From positions 510,102-574,101 of the forward strand of contig NMRA01000093.1 of NCBI GenBank assembly GCA_002633005.1: a stretch of 64,000 nucleotides of DNA, written 5' to 3'. The first letter of the stretch is position 1. Each line of letters starts with the position of its first letter. The notes under the pieces were generated by a model that made no database searches, was not told the origin of the DNA, and saw nothing but the letters and a program-made list of their open reading frames with translations. The position numbers and the translations under genes were made by a program. Of this stretch, positions 28,539 to 64,000 are shown piece after piece. Origin of the DNA: Phoronis australis. Its lineage: Eukaryota > Animalia > Phoronida.

Positions 28539-29019
28539 CCGTAATCGTTCGGGTTAACGCCCTGGGCGGTTAAATTGGCGAACCCAAAAAATCGGGGGTG
28601 GGCGGTTAACCAGACATGGGCGCTTAAACGTGAAATTTCAAGAAATCGGGGGGGAGCGGTTAACTGAACATGGGCGCTTATTACGACCGGCAACCGCCCT
28701 GGGCGGTTAATCTTACCTTATGATCTGAGTCACCACACGTACTAAGCCACATACTGGGATCGCCTAAAACTTTGAAAAGAACTTTATCGCCACCAAGTGC
28801 GTACTCTGCGCACTCTAATTAACAAATAGTTTCGAAAATGTAGAGTGTGGTCAAACTCCGAACGCTTGCATAGAAAGTTTGCTACATAATATGGCGCCTC
28901 AGGTGAGACCGATTATTGCGAATTATGCTCATTATTTCACTATACTTCGCAGACGTTGAACATGTTCACCTGCGTAGCAGACGGTAGCTGTGCTGTCGTT
29001 TTAACCCAGTTGTGGTCAC
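28539..29019. mobile_element. Copy-specific non-autonomous DNA transposon end (Tc2/pogo-like CCGTA terminus after TA), truncated by the gap
   Basis: Absent at the equivalent site of the other copy (35274); starts TA|CCGTAATC and carries repeated GGGCGGTTAA/GGGCGCTTA subterminal motifs. Confidence 0.6.
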
Positions 29020-29020
29020 N

Positions 29021-30107
29021 GAGGTACTACAAGAATATCCTATTACTTTGTACGACATAAGTACCATTTAGAAACATCGATGGCAAACTGTATTTATAAA
29101 TCAATGGATCACCTCTCGGACCAACTTTTGCTGACTTTTACAGGTGCAACCTTGGAACTAAGGTTATTGATAGTCCTCCAGAGAAGCCTAACATGTACTG
29201 CAGGTATGTTGATGATATTTTTATCATTGTTAACCATGACAAGCTGATGGAGATCAAACTTGCTTTTGAGCAAAATTCGGTATTAAAATTCACGCAGCAA
29301 TTACCAGTAAGCAACAAGCTTCCGTTCTTAGACCTACTTGTTGATTATGATGAATCTGGCATTAAAACCCCAGTATATTATGGGAAACCCGGTCAACATA
29401 TGATGGGGTTTGTTTACATAAAACCAGCCAATGTCCTCTGAAATATAAGCTCTCTGATTTGACAAGCTTTTTGAAAAGAGCATAATTATTCTACTTGCTC
29501 AGATTGGGAAACCTTTTAGCACTGAGTGTAATCGTATTAAGCAAATTATGATAATATAACAGTTACAGTAATAAGTTTGTTGGTCAGAATATGAAACTTC
29601 ATAAGCCGCTTACAGAAGCCTGTGCGTTTAAAACAAATAGGTGGTTGTACCAATTAACTTCTACCGCAACTAATTCAATTCACGTTATATTGAAGATGAA
29701 CGAGTTTTAAAAGGGGTCATCCGTCGGTTAAGACCCTTAAGCCAGAAGATAGCCTTTCGTTAATTATATTTCACCAAAACCATAAAACTAAAGATCTTGT
29801 TGTTAAAAACAATATGTGCACAAAGTCCGTCCGAATGTTAGCCAAAACTGATTTGATTTATCAGTTCAATTGCCCTCACAACGAATGTATTCGTTCAAAC
29901 ACTGATTGCTCAAGGTATGTTGGTTATACAACTTGCACTTTATCTCGCCGGTTATCTTTTCATTTACAAAATGGATCCATTAAAGATCACTTTCAAACAC
30001 TACACAAAAAGAAAATTTCCCATTCAGATATTGTTGACAATACTGTCGTCAGGTATTTTGAACGGGACTCCTTTCGTTTGAAAATTCTCGAAGCTATTGG
30101 TCCTTGA
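29021..30107 (+). mobile_element. Penelope-like element, second (probably allelic) copy
   Basis: Colinear with 22478-23576; carries an extra 12-nt deletion in the GVSMGSP region. Confidence 0.85.
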
Positions 30108-33093
30108 TGAGTGACCATAACATAGACGGCTTTTACACCCCTATAGGCACCACTCCATTGACAGAAATACCGACACGCATAAATTTTGGCTATGGGTGGT
30201 GTCATTCCGTCTGATGGTGCGATATTGTTCGGTGTGATTACGCTGAACAAGCAGGGGAAAGGCCGCAGGGTACAGTTCAGTGACCGCCTCATGGCTAGAA
30301 AAATCTAGCCAACATCATGTGCTATCATACTGCTACAAAGAGACTTGCTGGCTGGTAATGTCCACGATAAACAATTCATAAATAGCCCCGCAACCAACAT
30401 CAACTCCGTAAAGACGGAAAACCAGCGACCCAAACATGCCAGGAAAACGATACAAAAACAACACAGAGAACGATATATGTGTATATTTCATGCTCGACTA
30501 CAGTTCGATTTCAAGGCTGTTCATTTTGAACGTTATACAACTCTGTTCTCTTACCAAGAACAGCTAGCGAGATCCTTTTCGGATGTATAACTGAATTCAA
30601 CGCACCATCCAGGAAACTCTTCAACAGAAGACATGTCAGTAATTTGGTCAAGCTAAAGTTTTGTTAGATTAACTAGACATAGACAAGCAGGCTACTCACA
30701 CTTGGTTCAGTGAATATCATTGGATCTACTCAATACACTGAGGTGAATGTTTGCTACTTGTACAATATTGCACTATCCAAAACAAAATAATATGCAAATA
30801 GCTCATATACTAGTCACTATCAGTATTCTAATGGTGAACTGTCCAATACTTATTCATGATTTGTGTGATTCACTGCTGAGCAAACTAACAGCTGTTAACA
30901 TCAAACCCCAAGATCTGTCAGCTCATCTCTAGTATATAAAATATTAAATATTTTAAACTCTATGTTAATCTATGTCGTATTTCTATGAAAAATATGGAAC
31001 AAATTTTTATGACAAACTTCGAGTTAACCCAATTCATTCAGTATTCATTTTCACCGTCATCCAATAGATTGGGGAAAGGTAACATTTCACTTTTAAATCT
31101 CAGTAAACAACGTTTGTAAAATGGCCAACAATTTGATTAACCAACACCCCTATATGGGTCCCACTTCATGTCACACTAAAGTGATTAAATTTGAGATTCA
31201 CACAACACAAAATGGTTGCATGCAATCTCACTGACTTAGGGACTATAAACTTGACTATACATTACAGATCACTGATTTAAGAAGGCTAGTCTATTGAAAG
31301 ACTTGATTTGCTAAACAATTCTTCATTGGGGCCACTGCAAATGGATAGTTGAGCTTAGTACCTCTAATGACCCCACTTCCTTTGTACCTGCACAGGCTGA
31401 GGCAAAATGTTCACTGACTTGGAAACTACTTTGCAGTAAACAGTGGAAATGCAGTACACACCCCTTAAGTCCATCCAAAGATTTGTTGTGATCAGGTAAT
31501 GCAATAATTAATTTTCTTTAACAACAGAAGGTAATCACCCAAGCGTTTAGGTCACCTCATGGTATGTATGCAATTCCAATTGAAATCCCATAATTCCATT
31601 AAAGGACAAATGTTTATCCCACAAATGTTTATCGGATAAACCCAAGCCCAGCCCTCTGACTCTCATAAGGTCAAAATGGGGCCAGACTGGGGTCATACAT
31701 CACAATGGCAGACAGTTTGCCATGCTACACAATGCTAATACAAAGACAGAACCAGATTTTACATACACGGACTACTCACGTGCATTTAGCCAAATCAAAA
31801 GGCTAATAGGTTGCTTCTTTAAAGTGTGAAATACAACATCCAAATTTTGACAAAACGGGAGAACAAGCAATGAGATACACAGAATGATATTCTACTAATA
31901 ATTATGAAGAGATTAAAAGTTTTTAAAAAATATATCAAATTAACAAGAACAGCGACACTTTTCGTCTGTCAAATGCCGTCATAATCTTTCTTTTCTTTGC
32001 GATTTCCTTTATCACTTTCTGTTGACTAACTATGACGCCTATGGCATGCAGTGAGCCTCCTATTACAATACAATCTAATATCTATCTTCCTACCCAGTTC
32101 CAAATAACTTGTCGACGGATGCACCCTACAAGCAGAAAATGCCACAACATAGAGAACACATGCAGAATGAAGAAAGTTTTGATTTTAAAAACATTTGCCA
32201 AAGTTTAAAGTCCCAATGCATCTATCTTTGGTTAACCAAACATTTAATGTCATTGACTTTCTTAGATAGATGAAGATGTCTCATTAAAATGGATTGCGTC
32301 AACTCATTCGGGCAAAGCAGAATGAAACCAACCAGTGAAAATGGTGGCTTCCTGAATGACATCCCACAAATCTCAGACCATTAAAACGACAATTGTGAAA
32401 CTCTTGAAATATCTACCACCAGAGATGTGTGTGAATCAACTATGACTCATAACTGTTTGGTTCCAGTGTTTTTCAACCCTAATGTACTTTGACAGTAAAC
32501 AACACAAAAGCTAAAATTTGATAACAAAATCAACAAACAAAAGATGGAATTAAAACATCCGACCGTGGTTTCCATTCATACTGAATACTTTTTCCATACG
32601 TTTCAATAATTTCCGCAAGGTATACAATTTAAATTTTCATCGCCCACAACAAGTACATATACAGTAATATTCGCTAATGATGGTTGTCAAAAATAAACGA
32701 ATGAAGGAACAAGTGATATACGGCAGTTTTTCACTCATCTAGCACATAATATGGCAGATAGGTAAAATTTGATTTTGTTGAATTTCTCCACAACAAGAAT
32801 CTGATACCAGCATCATCTGTATTGTGCAGATGTAAAACTACATTTGGTTAAGTTACCATATTTTCAGCAAGCTTTTGAGAAGTGGAAAATGTAAATTTTG
32901 ACAATTATTTTTGTGCTAAGCAAGTGGAGAATTACAGAAACTTGCGAAATTAGGGTTTCTTTCGCGGAGTTTTCATTTTTCACGAGATAATCATGCATGG
33001 AATCTTTTTTGTAATTTTTCTGATTTTTCATGATGAATGGGAACCGGCCTTATCTACAAATTTTGCAAAAAAGCACAAAGAAAACACGTGTCA

Positions 33094-61959
<28,866 letters not shown>

Positions 61960-64000
61960 CTGGAAATGCCAAAAACAAATAATTGATGTACATGCATCTA
62001 TTGACCAGTCCTACGAGTGGCAGCCAAAAATATAGGCTAAATAAAACAAAAAATGAAAAGCAATTGAAAGAAAGTACTTGACCCAGAAATAATATAAAAA
62101 CAAAAATGGTATAAAGTATAGAACCCACTTACTCAAATACTAGAATATGATGCTGTATTGGTAATATGACCATAATCTAAAAACGTTTTGTGTAGGTTTT
62201 AGTTGAAAATACATTCTCTGTTCACACGATAAGATCGATGCCGCTTAAACGTTTAAGCAACATTATTATCTGGGAATCTTCTAGCAGTGCAACGTTATTC
62301 AGCAATGATCGTGTGTGATGTGTTAAAACATTCCAGCTCAAATGCTTGGCTTTCACGCATGTGACAAATTTTAAAACATTTTAACTAAAACTTTTCTTGC
62401 TGAAGCTACTACCGTTAGTTAATGAGTTTTACATATTAAAATGTTTGAAGACTAGCAATAGGTTTCGCACAGCGCATTTAAAATTTAAAGTGTTTTAACT
62501 TATATTGCTCTAGCAAAACATTCTTAAGATGGTTGTGTGAATGCAGCACTACATAAACAAAGGGAGATAATGTGGTGTTATGCAGAGACACTAGTCACAT
62601 ATTAGAAAAGGCGACTAGATTAGGTACATGCATTCAAAATGTCTGATATTTTTACATGCGCGTGCTGCCCTCTTCAGGTCAGGTAATTAACACTAATTGT
62701 TAGGAGGCTCAGTGAACTAGAAGTTGCATTTCTTTCGATGGGTAACTCTTCTGTCTTGATGAACATTTTAATTATTTCAACGCAGTGTTACACAATGACC
62801 CAGTTCCATAGCATGTGATTAACAGCTAACTGTGAAAAAACAGCTACATGCAAATAACATCACAGAAATTGTTTGACATAAATTTCATGCACGGTGCAGC
62901 TAATTTTGCACAACTCCACAATCTCTCCAAACAATTAAAACTGACAAACAGTTCTAAATAAATTCCTTCATGCACGGTGATGAGACTACAGCACAAGTAA
63001 ACTGTGGTATGTTGACGTGTTCCTCTGTGAGGGGCCTAATGCAAAGCATGATGGGAAGACTAAAGAAAAGACAAAGACCAGGCTCAATGTAACTGAATTA
63101 TTTTCTCAGTGATAATCAGAAAGCACCAGACAAGAGACTGGTAAGAAATATACGAAAGATTTTCCTGAATAGTCCGAAATGAGCAGCGAGTGAAACACCA
63201 AGAGAAATGCTTATTTTTTGAAATATCTCACAAGGTTAAAAAACAATGAAAAGATAAGTTTCCATAAAAGACAGTTGAGCAATGTTAACAATGTCAGACA
63301 AGTGACAATAAACTGACAAAAATCAAGTAAGATTTGAAAAGTACACTCAAGTAAAGACAGCAGCCAAAATGTGACATTTAAAATGTGACTAAGGTAGCCA
63401 AACAAGCAGGAGGAGTGTAGTATATACCCCAAATTTACTCATCACCATGCTGGGATCAGCGCCATCTGCAGGACGCTTAGCAGATCCATCGTTTTTCTAA
63501 AATGGGATAACCAATGAGAAAGTGACTACGACATGAAGACGAAAATCAAATTTGCATAGCGAAGAAAGGATGAACCAGAAGCTACATATCACAGGAACTA
63601 CTAACTTCTTTACCGAGACAAAATCTTAAGGATTTACTGAACAAATGTGATGTGCTTACACCTGAAGTTTGACAAATCATGTCACTGTCCGTTTAAAACT
63701 TCTTTATTTTGCCAGTAGACTAATTCTTTTTATCAAACAGGTAATGAAGAAAAATCTTCATAGACCACAGGATTGAAAGTGACCCAATAAATATCTTACA
63801 CTCTGCCTTTTGTCACCTTGTAATTTACATGTCGTGAGCATTATCCATGACATTGTATGAAGGGAAATGCCAAGAGTATTGCTTAGACATAACTCATTCA
63901 ATAAGCAGTGCTACTGATAATTTCTGACAATAAATCATAGGCCACATATTCTGGTGACATTCTCAGAATATCTAAGTGTCCCGCACAACATGAATACAGA

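Noticed and set aside
31930-32062. Alternative ferlin terminal exon in the Lys-rich reading near 32000
   Set aside because: Available acceptors give very short stop-terminated peptides or the wrong phase; 33094-33129 fits better, so this is treated as 3' UTR.
62000-64000. Next upstream ferlin exon (end of C2D)
   Set aside because: No segment with suitable splice sites and ferlin-like translation found; it probably lies beyond the window.

Overview
This is AT-rich animal genomic DNA, most likely from an invertebrate; the taxon cannot be read from the sequence. No prokaryotic features were found. The right two-thirds (about 26.5-62 kb, minus strand) holds the 3' half of an intron-rich type-I ferlin gene (myoferlin/dysferlin-like). 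I traced it exon by exon with GT-AG sites and consistent phases, from the C2D/C2E junction through C2E, C2F, C2G and the C-terminal transmembrane helix to the stop (GATVNRMVNGK*). The 5' half lies beyond the window end. Three blocks of the gene are tandemly duplicated, each with an N-gap at or beside the junction and only synonymous exon differences, so they are most likely two haplotypes assembled in tandem. The C2E-C2F linker introns contain four candidate frame-preserving small cassette exons. The left 24 kb is a transposon graveyard: two RTE-X-like LINEs, an L1/Tx1-like fragment, a Penelope-like element, an intron-containing hAT transposase relic, an internally deleted Kolobok-like element (THAP plus a P2X7-ballast-like ORF) and MITEs. 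A polymorphic Helentron-associated (HINE/DINE-1-like) element with periodic CTCF-like motifs sits in a ferlin intron. I found no convincing wholly new biological system. The best leads are the linker cassette exons, the CTCF-motif-bearing HINE repeats and the Kolobok relic. All comparisons were made by eye.
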